A stretch of 32,000 nucleotides of DNA from assembly GCF_000179635.2 (NCBI RefSeq), contig NC_014833.1:1950001-1982000 (forward strand), written 5' to 3'. The translations under genes and the position numbers were made by a program. Origin of the DNA: Ruminococcus albus 7 = DSM 20455 (GTDB lineage Bacteria; Bacillota; Clostridia; Oscillospirales; Ruminococcaceae). The notes below the pieces were generated by a model. It was not told where the DNA came from. It did not search any database and saw only the letters and a list, made by a program, of their open reading frames with translations. This document shows, piece after piece, positions 1-8,389 of this stretch (position 1 is the stretch's first letter; each line of letters starts with the position of its first letter).

Positions 1-473
1 ATGACCGCTGAAAAGAAGTAGTACAGTCCCTGATCAACAGCTGCTTGTGTAACAAGAAAATCCTTGAATGCACCTGTAGTCTGGGCAGGCAGATCACCCT
101 TGGTCAGATATCCGTTTGCAGCTGCTATAGCGCCGTATTTTATGAAATTGATCTTTGTGATCAGCGGGATGATGTACATCGCACAAACTATGCCCGCACA
201 TATTTTTATTATTTTATGTTTTGAAGCCAGCAGACCAAGTGCAAGTACTGCAACAAAGCTGTCATAAGCAAGCAGCATAGGGCTTATGTCTGCATTTGTA
301 AAGCTGTTTCCGAGCAGCGCTGCCGACAGAGTCGCCAGAAGCGCGATCGTTATCCTGAATGCAAAATAAAGACCCGATGAATGGAACTGTGTGAATCTCA
401 GGTCAATATCTCCGTCGATGCAGATACCGCTGTTGCTTGTCAGCCCGGCTTCACGATTTAGTTTATTACTCAT
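1..473 (-). CDS. Polytopic membrane protein, N-terminal ~157 codons only (3' end lies beyond the window). It is the third gene of the MoxR/DUF58 operon and may be the transglutaminase-domain partner usual in such operons.
   Basis: The minus-strand frame is open from the ATG at 473 to position 1 (hand-translated MSNKLNREAGLTSNSG...GLYYFFSAV). An RBS, AAAGGTG, sits a few nt upstream. The product is hydrophobic. It is missing from the ORF track because it is truncated. The product call rests on operon context only. Confidence 0.5.
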   Translation of the reverse strand, partial: MSNKLNREAGLTSNSGICIDGDIDLRFTQFHSSGLYFAFRITIALLATLSAALLGNSFTNADISPMLLAYDSFVAVLALGLLASKHKIIKICAGIVCAMYIIPLITKINFIKYGAIAAANGYLTKGDLPAQTTGAFKDFLVTQAAVDQGLYYFFSAV

Positions 474-529
474 TCTGTCACCTTTTTAAATAAGAACGTT
501 ATTTCTCCGCCCTTTTAGTTTCTCCTCTC

Positions 530-1726
530 TTACAGACAGAGTTCTCTGATAGAACCCTCCAGCTGTCCCGGATATACAGGTATAAGCTCCGCGAATTCAT
601 CATAGAATGCAGTCTGTGTATTGCTGTTGTCTGTCATCAGCAGATAAGTGTATTTATAAGCCAGATCCGCATCGCTCATAAGCTCGGTGGCATTAGGACT
701 ATATCCTGTGGATATGTATATGATATGTCCGCACTTCATGCTTTCAGTGGTGCCGATATAGTCTGTCAGAACGGCATCCTTTGTTTCGTACAGCTTAGCC
801 TGAAGAAGCATCCCCACCATAATGCTGTGGCTTTCTTCATCATTTATGTTTTGTTCTATTGATCTTTGTCTTTCAGCATCATAGAATACAGCTCTGTGCG
901 GAACATCGTTTTCCAGCAGATACCTGGATACCGAAGCTGCAGCTTCTACCACTGAATCGAAAACAGCGAGTTCATCTGTCTTGTTGTCTGTTTTGGAAAG
1001 ATCTATCATAAGCACTATGGAGTTTGCGATCGGAAGTGAGTAATCCTTGACCATAGTCTTATCCTGTTTAGCCGAAAGCTTCCAGTGTATGCGGTTTAGC
1101 TTGTCACCTTCGACATAATCTCTTATATCGAATATCTCCGAAGGGTCATCACCTTTCTGCGTCTTTGAGTATTCATCGCTTTCAAGACCCATATCAGCGT
1201 AGTTAGCTATCTCATTTTCAAGCGGTATATAATCCGGCAGTATCGTTATTGTGCAGCATTTGTCTGCAAATTCAGTGGCTTTGCTGCGTACTTTCATCGT
1301 GAAAAGTTTCAGCATATCGGATATCCTGCATCGCTTGATATTGAAATCCACTGTACCGCAGTGGATGCCCGAAACAGAAAGAGTGAGAATCTGTGTTTCA
1401 TGAGGGTAAACCGGAGTGTTTATCTTTACCACATTTTTCTTTCCGTCTATTTTGTTTGTATAATTTATCTCTATAAGCAGATTAGGACATGGAAGCATAG
1501 AATCATTACGTACTTTAAGCTTGATAGGAAGCTTTGCTGTCCTGCTTGCAGATGATTGCCGCTGTAAAAATCCAACCTTTATCTTCTTTGCTGTACATAT
1601 GGTCATTGTAAGCATTACAAACGGGATCACCAGAAAGAACGCAAACAGATAGAAGGAAAATGGGTGTTCATACAGTATATAAAAAAATACCGAAGCTATA
1701 AACAGTACTGTATATAAAAATGGCAT
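530..1726 (-). CDS. DUF58 domain protein (vWA-like, MoxR partner) with an N-terminal transmembrane segment
   Basis: Carries the DUF58 signature DIRDYVEGDKLNRIHWKLSAK. The track start at 1765 is a TTG. The ATG at 1726 (MPFLYTVLF...) has an AGGTG RBS and lies 11 nt after the MoxR stop, so I prefer it. Confidence 0.8.
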   Translation of the reverse strand: MPFLYTVLFIASVFFYILYEHPFSFYLFAFFLVIPFVMLTMTICTAKKIKVGFLQRQSSASRTAKLPIKLKVRNDSMLPCPNLLIEINYTNKIDGKKNVVKINTPVYPHETQILTLSVSGIHCGTVDFNIKRCRISDMLKLFTMKVRSKATEFADKCCTITILPDYIPLENEIANYADMGLESDEYSKTQKGDDPSEIFDIRDYVEGDKLNRIHWKLSAKQDKTMVKDYSLPIANSIVLMIDLSKTDNKTDELAVFDSVVEAAASVSRYLLENDVPHRAVFYDAERQRSIEQNINDEESHSIMVGMLLQAKLYETKDAVLTDYIGTTESMKCGHIIYISTGYSPNATELMSDADLAYKYTYLLMTDNSNTQTAFYDEFAELIPVYPGQLEGSIRELCL

Positions 1727-1739
1727 GGCATCACCTGCA

Positions 1740-2708
1740 TCATCTTGCGACTCTCGGCACTTCAACAGTACTCAGGATCTCTCTGAGGACTTGCTCGCCG
1801 CTAACGCCGTTAATCTTAGCCTTTGAATTGAATACCACTCTGTGCAGCACTACATCATTGAAAGTATAGGCTACATCATCGGGGATAACATAATCCCTGC
1901 CTTTAAGTAGAGCTGTAGCTTTTGTCATCCTAAGCAGTGCGATAGTTCCTCTGGGAGAAAGACCCAGCTTGATGAACTGATGATTTCTGGTAGCAGCAGC
2001 CAGTCTTGCGATATAATCTATGACCTGATCTGCAACGTAGATATTTTCAACCTCATGTCTTGCGTTTACGATATCTTCAGCGCTGACAACAGGTCTTACA
2101 CTGTCAACAGGTACAAGGCTCTGCTTGGCTTTCAGCATCATGACTTCATTTTCCACGGATGGGTAACCCATAGTCAGTCTGACTATGAATCTGTCCATCT
2201 GTGATTCGGGAAGCATCTGCGTACCGATAGAACCTATGGGGTTCTGGGTAGCTATTACTATATACGGATCGGGAGCTTTTCTTGTAACTCCGTCAACAGT
2301 TACTTTGCCTTCCTCCATTATCTCCAGCAGTGCAGACTGCGTTTTTGAGGAAGTTCTGTTGATTTCATCAGCCAGGAACAGGTTCGTCAGTGCAGCACCG
2401 GGCTTATACTCAAAACGCTGTGTCTGTTTATTGAGGATATTGAAGCCTGTAACATCGGTAGGAAGTACATCGGGTGTAAACTGTAAACGCTTGTATTCCA
2501 GCGACAGTGCTTTTGAAAGCGCTACTGCAAGTGTTGTTTTACCTACACCTGGTATATCTTCGATAAGTATGTGACCGCCTGCAAGGATCGACAGCAGGAC
2601 TTTTATGATTATCTCGTCCTTGCCTATTATTACTTTTTTTACCTCTCCGATTACATTCTGTGACATTGCAAGGACAGCACGTTGTCCTTCAGTTAGGTTA
2701 TTGCTCAT
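1740..2708 (-). CDS. MoxR-family AAA+ ATPase
   Basis: Walker A GIPGVGKTTLA, Walker B LADEINR, and typical MoxR length. The ATG at 2708 (MSNNLTEGQ) follows an AGGAGA RBS with 7-nt spacing. The ATG at 2726 has no RBS. Confidence 0.9.
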   Translation of the reverse strand: MSNNLTEGQRAVLAMSQNVIGEVKKVIIGKDEIIIKVLLSILAGGHILIEDIPGVGKTTLAVALSKALSLEYKRLQFTPDVLPTDVTGFNILNKQTQRFEYKPGAALTNLFLADEINRTSSKTQSALLEIMEEGKVTVDGVTRKAPDPYIVIATQNPIGSIGTQMLPESQMDRFIVRLTMGYPSVENEVMMLKAKQSLVPVDSVRPVVSAEDIVNARHEVENIYVADQVIDYIARLAAATRNHQFIKLGLSPRGTIALLRMTKATALLKGRDYVIPDDVAYTFNDVVLHRVVFNSKAKINGVSGEQVLREILSTVEVPRVAR

Positions 2709-2871
2709 TTCTGAATCTCCTATCATTTTTATTTTTGACTACATATGTAGATATTATATCATATATTAGTATCTATTGCAAGCATTTAACACAGTTTTTA
2801 TCCATTTATCACATTTCCATAATTTGTCTTATTTCCCCATTTATCGGGCTAAAGTTTGAAAATTTAAAAAA

Positions 2872-2905
2872 ATGACTTGTATTTTTATGCCGAATGTGTT
2901 ATAAT
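2872..2905 (+). promoter_or_regulatory. Candidate sigma-A promoter with an extended -10 (TGtTATAAT) for the activase operon
   Basis: TGTTATAAT at 2897-2905. The only -35-like hexamer (ATGACT, 2872-2877) is 22 nt upstream, which is non-canonical spacing. Confidence 0.35.
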
Positions 2906-2940
2906 AAATCTAATTTGTAATTTCTGCGGAGGTTTTTTTC

Positions 2941-5919
2941 ATGTGCATGACCTATGACCTTGGTATCGATGTCGGTTCAACAACTGTCAAAACAGTCATC
3001 GTTCACAATGGCGAATTTATATATAACAGATATGAAAGGCATTTTTCACGGGTAAGGGAAACTGTGGCAGAGCAGCTCAAGCTTATACGCAAAAGCTATC
3101 CTGATGATAAGTTCCGTATAGCTATTACCGGTTCAGCAGGACTCGGTATAGCAGAAGCCTGCGGCATTCCCTTTGTACAGGAGGTATTTTCTGCTTTCGT
3201 TGCTGTAAATAAGACTTATCCTGATGCTGATGTTGTTATCGAACTTGGCGGTGAGGATGCTAAGATAATATTTCTCACCGGTGGTGTGGAACAGCGTATG
3301 AACGGTTCTTGTGCCGGCGGTACGGGCGCATTTATTGATCAGATGGCAGGACTTCTTGGTGTTACTCCCGATGATATGAACGATCTTGCACTGAAAGCTG
3401 AGAAAACATATCCGATCGCTTCACGCTGTGGTGTTTTTGCAAAGTCAGATATACAGCCTCTGCTGAATCAGGGTGCAAAAAAGGAGGATATATCCGCTTC
3501 AATATTCCAGGCAGTTGTTGATCAGACGGTATCTGGTCTGGCACAGGGCAGGAAGATAGAAGGAAAGGTGCTTTTCCTTGGAGGTCCTCTTACTTATCTC
3601 AGCGCATTACGTGAAACGTTTAAAAAGACCCTTTCACTTTCTGAGGATAATGCAATACTCCCTGAAAGATCATCGTGCTATATCGCTTTCGGTGCTGCAC
3701 TTCATGCTCATGACCTTTCAGAGGAGATGACTATTGATGAAGCTCTCGACAAGATAGCCAATGCTAAGACTAACGATAATATAGTAGTCGGCAGGAGACT
3801 TTTTGAATCTCAGGCGGATTATGCTGAATTTATCGAGCGTCATAAGAAATCCGATCTTAAATATGAGGATATCAAGACCTATGAGGGTGATGCTTTCCTC
3901 GGCATAGATGCTGGCTCTACAACGACTAAACTTGTGCTTATAACACCTGATGGCAGACTGCTGTATCAGCATTATTGCTCAAATCAGGGTCAGCCCCTTG
4001 ATATCATAGCTTCTAAGCTGAAGGAGATCTATCGCCTTGCAGGAGATAAACTGAATATCAGAGCATCGGCTGTTACAGGTTACGGTGAGGAACTTATAAA
4101 GGCTGGTCTTGGTGTTGATTTCGGTATCGTTGAGACTGTGGCTCACTATAAGGCAGCAGCTTATTTCTGTCCCGATGTTGATTTTATAATAGACATTGGC
4201 GGACAGGATATCAAGTGCTTCAAGATCAAAAATAATGCTATCGACAGCATTATGCTTAATGAAGCTTGTTCTTCAGGCTGCGGATCATTTATACAGACTT
4301 TTGCAGGTGCTATGGGATATGATATCGCTAATTTCGCACAGCTGGGTCTTTTTGCAAAGGCACCTGTCGAACTTGGTTCACGATGCACAGTATTTATGAA
4401 CAGCTCTGTAAAACAGGCACAGAAGGATGGTGCTACCGTCGAAGATATCTCTGCAGGACTTTCATCATCTATCATCAAGAACGCTGTTTACAAAGTTATA
4501 AGGGCTAAGTCCATTGATGAACTGGGACAGAATATCGTAGTTCAGGGCGGTACATTCCTTAATGATGCTGTGCTGCGTTCATTTGAGCAGGAACTTGGCA
4601 GAAATGTTATCCGTCCTGCTATCGCCGGACTTATGGGTGCTCTTGGATGTGCACTGTTTGCTAAGGAAAAGTCAGAGGGTTCACTTGATCATTCTGGCAT
4701 AATCAGCAGGGAAGCTCTTGAAAACTTCTCATACACTGCTAAGGCTTTACAATGCGGTGGCTGCGGTGCACACTGTAACCTCACAGTTATACGTTTCGGT
4801 GACGGTCACAGATTTATATCGGGCAACCGCTGTGAAAAAGGTGCAGGTATAAAAATAACGGACCGCACTGAAAATATGATTGAGTATAAGTACAATTATA
4901 TCAGGGAGCTTGAAAATAAAAAAACTCGCATGAAGCCTATTGCTAAGGTGGGATTGCCTCTGTGTCTTTCATATTATGACCTTATGCCGTTTTTTGCACA
5001 GCTCTTTACTGACCTTGGTTTTGAAATCGTATTTTCTGAAGAATCTACCAGAGATACTTATTATAAAGGTCAGCAGACTATCCCTTCGGATACTGTCTGC
5101 TATCCCGCTAAACTTGCTCATGGTCATATCGAGAGCCTGCTTGAAAAAGGTGTAGATTTCATTTTCTACCCCTGCATGAGTTATAATATAGATGAGGGTG
5201 GTTCTGATAACCATTTCAACTGTCCTGTTGTAGCTTATTATCCCGAACTTCTTAAAGCAAATAATGACAAGCTGAATGAAGATAACTTTATTGCACCGTA
5301 TATTGATCTTAATAATAAGACCCATGTTGCGAAGGCTATAGCAAAGGCACTTAATAAATACGGTATCTCGGCTAAACAGATTATGAGCCTTCTTAACCGC
5401 GCATACTCAGCGCAGATAGATTTCCGTCGTGATATCAAGGGTAAGGCTCAGGAGATAATACGTGAAGCACGCAGTAAGGGTCAGAAGATCATCGTTATTG
5501 CAGGCAGACCCTATCATATAGACCCTGAGATCAACCATGGAATCCATAAGCTTATAGCTTCACTCGGCTTTGCGGTCATTACTGAGGACAGCGTGGCAAG
5601 TCTGGTGGACACTCCCGCTCTTGATGTACTCAATCAGTGGACTTATCATTCCAGAATGTACCGCGCGGCTAAATATGTATGTGAAAACGATGATATGCAG
5701 CTTGTACAGCTTGTCAGCTTCGGCTGCGGTATAGATGCTGTAACTACCGATGAGGTCAGGGCTGTGCTTGAAGAACAGGGAAAGCTCTATACTCAGCTTA
5801 AAATAGACGAGATAACCAATCTTGGTGCAGCTAAGATAAGGCTTCGTTCCCTTGCTGCAGCACTTGAGGAAAAGGATGCTCAGGCATCGCGTGCTGCAAA
5901 GCAGACTTCGGCTGTCTGA
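2941..5919 (+). CDS. Tandem BcrAD/BadFG (HgdC-like) ATPase domains fused to an HgdA-like (DUF2229-type) module; an acyl-CoA dehydratase activase-related protein
   Basis: Two acetate/sugar-kinase-fold starts: LGIDVGSTTVK at aa ~7 and LGIDAGSTTTK at aa ~320. Each is followed by a cluster-bridging Cys region (GSCAGGTGAF / EACSSGCGSF). Cys motifs CGGCGAHC, DTVCYPAK and SFGCGID occur in the C-terminal third. GGAGG RBS 8 nt upstream. Confidence 0.85.
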   Translation: MCMTYDLGIDVGSTTVKTVIVHNGEFIYNRYERHFSRVRETVAEQLKLIRKSYPDDKFRIAITGSAGLGIAEACGIPFVQEVFSAFVAVNKTYPDADVVIELGGEDAKIIFLTGGVEQRMNGSCAGGTGAFIDQMAGLLGVTPDDMNDLALKAEKTYPIASRCGVFAKSDIQPLLNQGAKKEDISASIFQAVVDQTVSGLAQGRKIEGKVLFLGGPLTYLSALRETFKKTLSLSEDNAILPERSSCYIAFGAALHAHDLSEEMTIDEALDKIANAKTNDNIVVGRRLFESQADYAEFIERHKKSDLKYEDIKTYEGDAFLGIDAGSTTTKLVLITPDGRLLYQHYCSNQGQPLDIIASKLKEIYRLAGDKLNIRASAVTGYGEELIKAGLGVDFGIVETVAHYKAAAYFCPDVDFIIDIGGQDIKCFKIKNNAIDSIMLNEACSSGCGSFIQTFAGAMGYDIANFAQLGLFAKAPVELGSRCTVFMNSSVKQAQKDGATVEDISAGLSSSIIKNAVYKVIRAKSIDELGQNIVVQGGTFLNDAVLRSFEQELGRNVIRPAIAGLMGALGCALFAKEKSEGSLDHSGIISREALENFSYTAKALQCGGCGAHCNLTVIRFGDGHRFISGNRCEKGAGIKITDRTENMIEYKYNYIRELENKKTRMKPIAKVGLPLCLSYYDLMPFFAQLFTDLGFEIVFSEESTRDTYYKGQQTIPSDTVCYPAKLAHGHIESLLEKGVDFIFYPCMSYNIDEGGSDNHFNCPVVAYYPELLKANNDKLNEDNFIAPYIDLNNKTHVAKAIAKALNKYGISAKQIMSLLNRAYSAQIDFRRDIKGKAQEIIREARSKGQKIIVIAGRPYHIDPEINHGIHKLIASLGFAVITEDSVASLVDTPALDVLNQWTYHSRMYRAAKYVCENDDMQLVQLVSFGCGIDAVTTDEVRAVLEEQGKLYTQLKIDEITNLGAAKIRLRSLAAALEEKDAQASRAAKQTSAV

Positions 5920-5951
5920 ACAGGTATATCTTGTTATTTGGAGGAATATAA

Positions 5952-7223
5952 ATGTCTGAGAATAATTCATGCAGCATTCCACATTCGGGATCTGACAGAG
6001 TACATAAGTCATACTTTGATAAGTCCAAAAAATCGGACTATCTTGTTCTTATCCCCGATATGCTGCCGATACATTTCAAGCTGATAATGGCAATATATGA
6101 ACAGTACGGCTACCGCATGGAGCTTTTGCAGACCTCTACGAGAAGTGTTATCGATGAGGGACTGAAAAACGTTCATAATGATACTTGTTATCCCGCGTTG
6201 CTTGTAATAGGTCAGTTTATGGACGCTCTGAAAAGCGGTAAGTATGATCCTGACCATACTGCACTTCTGATATCTCAGACGGGCGGTGGTTGCAGAGCAT
6301 CTAATTATATACACCTGCTGAGAAAAGCACTTTCATCAACTTTTCCGCAGGTACCTGTGCTTTCTCTGAATTTCAGCGGACTTGAAAAGGATGCATCGAT
6401 TGAAGTATCACCTTCTATAGCCCTTAAACTTATTTATGCGGTACTGTATGGCGATATGCTTATGCTACTTTATAATCAGTGCAAGCCCTATGAAATAGAA
6501 CCAAATTCCACAGATGAACTTCTGGCGAGATGGCAGCATCGCCTTGGAAAACTTTTTCATACTAAGCGCGATTACATGAGTACTGCCAAGCTTTATCGTG
6601 CAATGCTGAAAGATTTTGCAGCGCTTCCGAGAACTAAGGTTAAGAAGCCAAAGGTTGGTATAGTGGGCGAGATATATGTTAAGTATTCACCACTTGCAAA
6701 CAATCATCTTAACGAATTCCTGCTAAGCGAGGGCTGCGAACCCAATGTGCCGGGGCTCCTTGATTTTGTTATGTATTGTGCTTCAGATGCTGTTAATGAT
6801 AAGAGACTCTATGATAAAAATCCAAAGAAGTCACTTATATTTGGTATCGGTTACGATGTTCTTTACAAGTTCCAGAAACAGCAGATCAAGATAATCAACG
6901 AGCAGGGTGTATTCCAACCTCCTCACGATTTTGAGCATCTGCGCCACTGTGCCGATAAATACATCAATCAGGGCGTTAAGATGGGAGAAGGCTGGCTTAT
7001 CACTGCTGAAATGGCGGCTCTTGCTGAAACAGGTACTAAGAACATCATATGCACTCAGCCTTTTGGCTGTCTGCCTAACCATATAGTTGCAAAGGGAAGT
7101 GCCCGCGTTATCAAGCAGGCGTATCCGGATGCAAACATAGTTGCTATTGACTATGACCCAGGTGCAACAAAGGTCAATCAGGAGAACCGTATCAAGCTGA
7201 TGCTTGCTAATGCAGTGCTTTAA
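5952..7223 (+). CDS. 2-hydroxyacyl-CoA dehydratase D-component (HgdB)-like / double-cubane-cluster-protein-like subunit
   Basis: The motifs DTCYPALL, GGGCRASNY and QPFGCLPNH parallel those in the C-terminus of the upstream protein. GGAGG RBS; 32 nt after the upstream stop. Confidence 0.8.
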   Translation: MSENNSCSIPHSGSDRVHKSYFDKSKKSDYLVLIPDMLPIHFKLIMAIYEQYGYRMELLQTSTRSVIDEGLKNVHNDTCYPALLVIGQFMDALKSGKYDPDHTALLISQTGGGCRASNYIHLLRKALSSTFPQVPVLSLNFSGLEKDASIEVSPSIALKLIYAVLYGDMLMLLYNQCKPYEIEPNSTDELLARWQHRLGKLFHTKRDYMSTAKLYRAMLKDFAALPRTKVKKPKVGIVGEIYVKYSPLANNHLNEFLLSEGCEPNVPGLLDFVMYCASDAVNDKRLYDKNPKKSLIFGIGYDVLYKFQKQQIKIINEQGVFQPPHDFEHLRHCADKYINQGVKMGEGWLITAEMAALAETGTKNIICTQPFGCLPNHIVAKGSARVIKQAYPDANIVAIDYDPGATKVNQENRIKLMLANAVL

Positions 7224-7238
7224 GGGGCGGGGAACGGC

Positions 7239-7691
7239 ATGAAAGCCAAGAAGAATGGTATTGTTATATCCGCTGTCATCTTGCTTTTGACCTCACTTTG
7301 TCTGTATTTCTTTATGAATAACCGAATTGATTTCAAAGAGGTTGCAGAGGGTCAGCTTTTACCGAACAGAAACTATACTTATTACTGTGATTTGAAGTCG
7401 GAGATAGACATGGAAGATTTATACGAACTTTCCAGCGAATTCTCCGGATATGACTATGATTTTGATGGGCACACGTATATAGTTACTTTTGGATATGAGT
7501 TGGAGGATATATCTTATTCTCGAGCTTCTAGACCTATCGTCAGTGAGTATGGCTATTATAATTATCACGTTCCTAATGTTTGGCTTTCTTGTGATAAAAC
7601 GGATAAGTGCTATGTGTACGAGCTGCCAAAGGTCAATATAGGCTGTGATGCTGATAATTACAAAAGAAAAGTGTATTTTGTCGAGAAATAA
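7239..7691 (+). CDS. Hypothetical protein with an N-terminal membrane anchor
   Basis: 150-aa ORF 15 nt after the previous stop. Hydrophobic N-terminus IVISAVILLLTSLCLYFF. No recognisable family. Confidence 0.6.
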   Translation: MKAKKNGIVISAVILLLTSLCLYFFMNNRIDFKEVAEGQLLPNRNYTYYCDLKSEIDMEDLYELSSEFSGYDYDFDGHTYIVTFGYELEDISYSRASRPIVSEYGYYNYHVPNVWLSCDKTDKCYVYELPKVNIGCDADNYKRKVYFVEK

Positions 7692-7705
7692 CGGAGGTGT
7701 AAACT

Positions 7706-8239
7706 ATGGAATTCCAGAATCTTATCGAATCAAGAAGAAGTGTGCGAAAGTATGCTGACAAAGAAGTCACCCGCGAGCAAGTTGAAGAGATAATAAAGGC
7801 AGCTCAGGAAGCTCCCTCATGGAAAAATCAGCAGACATCTAAGTACTACTGTGTGCTTTCTAAAGAAAAGCGTGAGGAGATAAGGACTACCTGCTTTCCA
7901 TCGTTCAATGAGCAGAGAAGTTTGAATGCAGCGCTGATAGTTACCGCTTATGAAAAAAACAATGTTGGCTTTGATGATAACTGTCAGCCTATCAACGAAC
8001 TGGGCAATGGCTGGGGCTGTTATGACCTCGGTCTTCAGAATATGATCTTTATGCTTAAAGCTAAAGAACTTGGTCTTGATACACTTGTTATGGGTATACG
8101 CGATGGACAGAAACTGCGTGCTGCACTGGGTATACCCGAAAATGAAGAGATCTGTGCTGTCCTTGCTTTGGGTTATGCCGATGAAGAACCTAAAAAGCCA
8201 AGACGCCGTGAGCTTTCTGATATTGCAAAGGTATTCTGA
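7706..8239 (+). CDS. Nitroreductase-family (FMN) protein
   Basis: N-terminal RRSVRKY...APSWKNQQ motif typical of the nitroreductase fold. GGAGG RBS. Last gene of the 2941-8239 operon. Confidence 0.85.
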   Translation: MEFQNLIESRRSVRKYADKEVTREQVEEIIKAAQEAPSWKNQQTSKYYCVLSKEKREEIRTTCFPSFNEQRSLNAALIVTAYEKNNVGFDDNCQPINELGNGWGCYDLGLQNMIFMLKAKELGLDTLVMGIRDGQKLRAALGIPENEEICAVLALGYADEEPKKPRRRELSDIAKVF

Positions 8240-8258
8240 TAAAATAAAGTTATCTCTA

Positions 8259-8290
8259 AGTCGGAGGATATGTTTCCTCCGGCTTTTCTT
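8259..8290 (+). terminator. Rho-independent terminator
   Basis: 10-bp stem AGTCGGAGGA/TCCTCCGGCT with one G-U pair and loop TATGTT, followed by TTTCTT. Confidence 0.75.
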
Positions 8291-8324
8291 ATCTGAAAAT
8301 CAGGTGAAGATTTGTTAAAAACGG

Positions 8325-8353
8325 TTGCAATCAAGTTTGTAATGTGGTATACT
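8325..8353 (+). promoter_or_regulatory. Sigma-A promoter, TTGCAA-17-TATACT with a TG extension
   Basis: -35 TTGCAA at 8325-8330, a 17-nt spacer ending TGG, and -10 TATACT at 8348-8353. It lies inside the long TTG-started ORF, which argues for the ATG at 8390 as the true start. Confidence 0.65.
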
Positions 8354-8389
8354 ATCAAAGTGGATCTTTTACGAAAGGGAATAGTGTGT

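Noticed and set aside
64-267. A 67-aa plus-strand ORF at the left edge
   Set aside because: It is antisense to the better-supported minus-strand membrane-protein frame, which runs from the ATG at 473 to the window edge and continues the MoxR/DUF58 operon.
5919-5952. The junction between the 992-aa and 423-aa genes as a nonsense or frameshift split of a normally fused ~1400-aa protein
   Set aside because: The downstream gene has its own GGAGG RBS and ATG, and the spacer looks like a normal intergenic junction. A two-gene architecture is plausible, and I cannot show decay from the sequence alone.
8312-8389. A TTG start that would extend the repeat protein by 26 codons
   Set aside because: A good promoter (TTGCAA-17-TATACT, 8325-8353) lies inside this extension. 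The ATG at 8390 begins a sensible basic-tail-plus-TM N-terminus.
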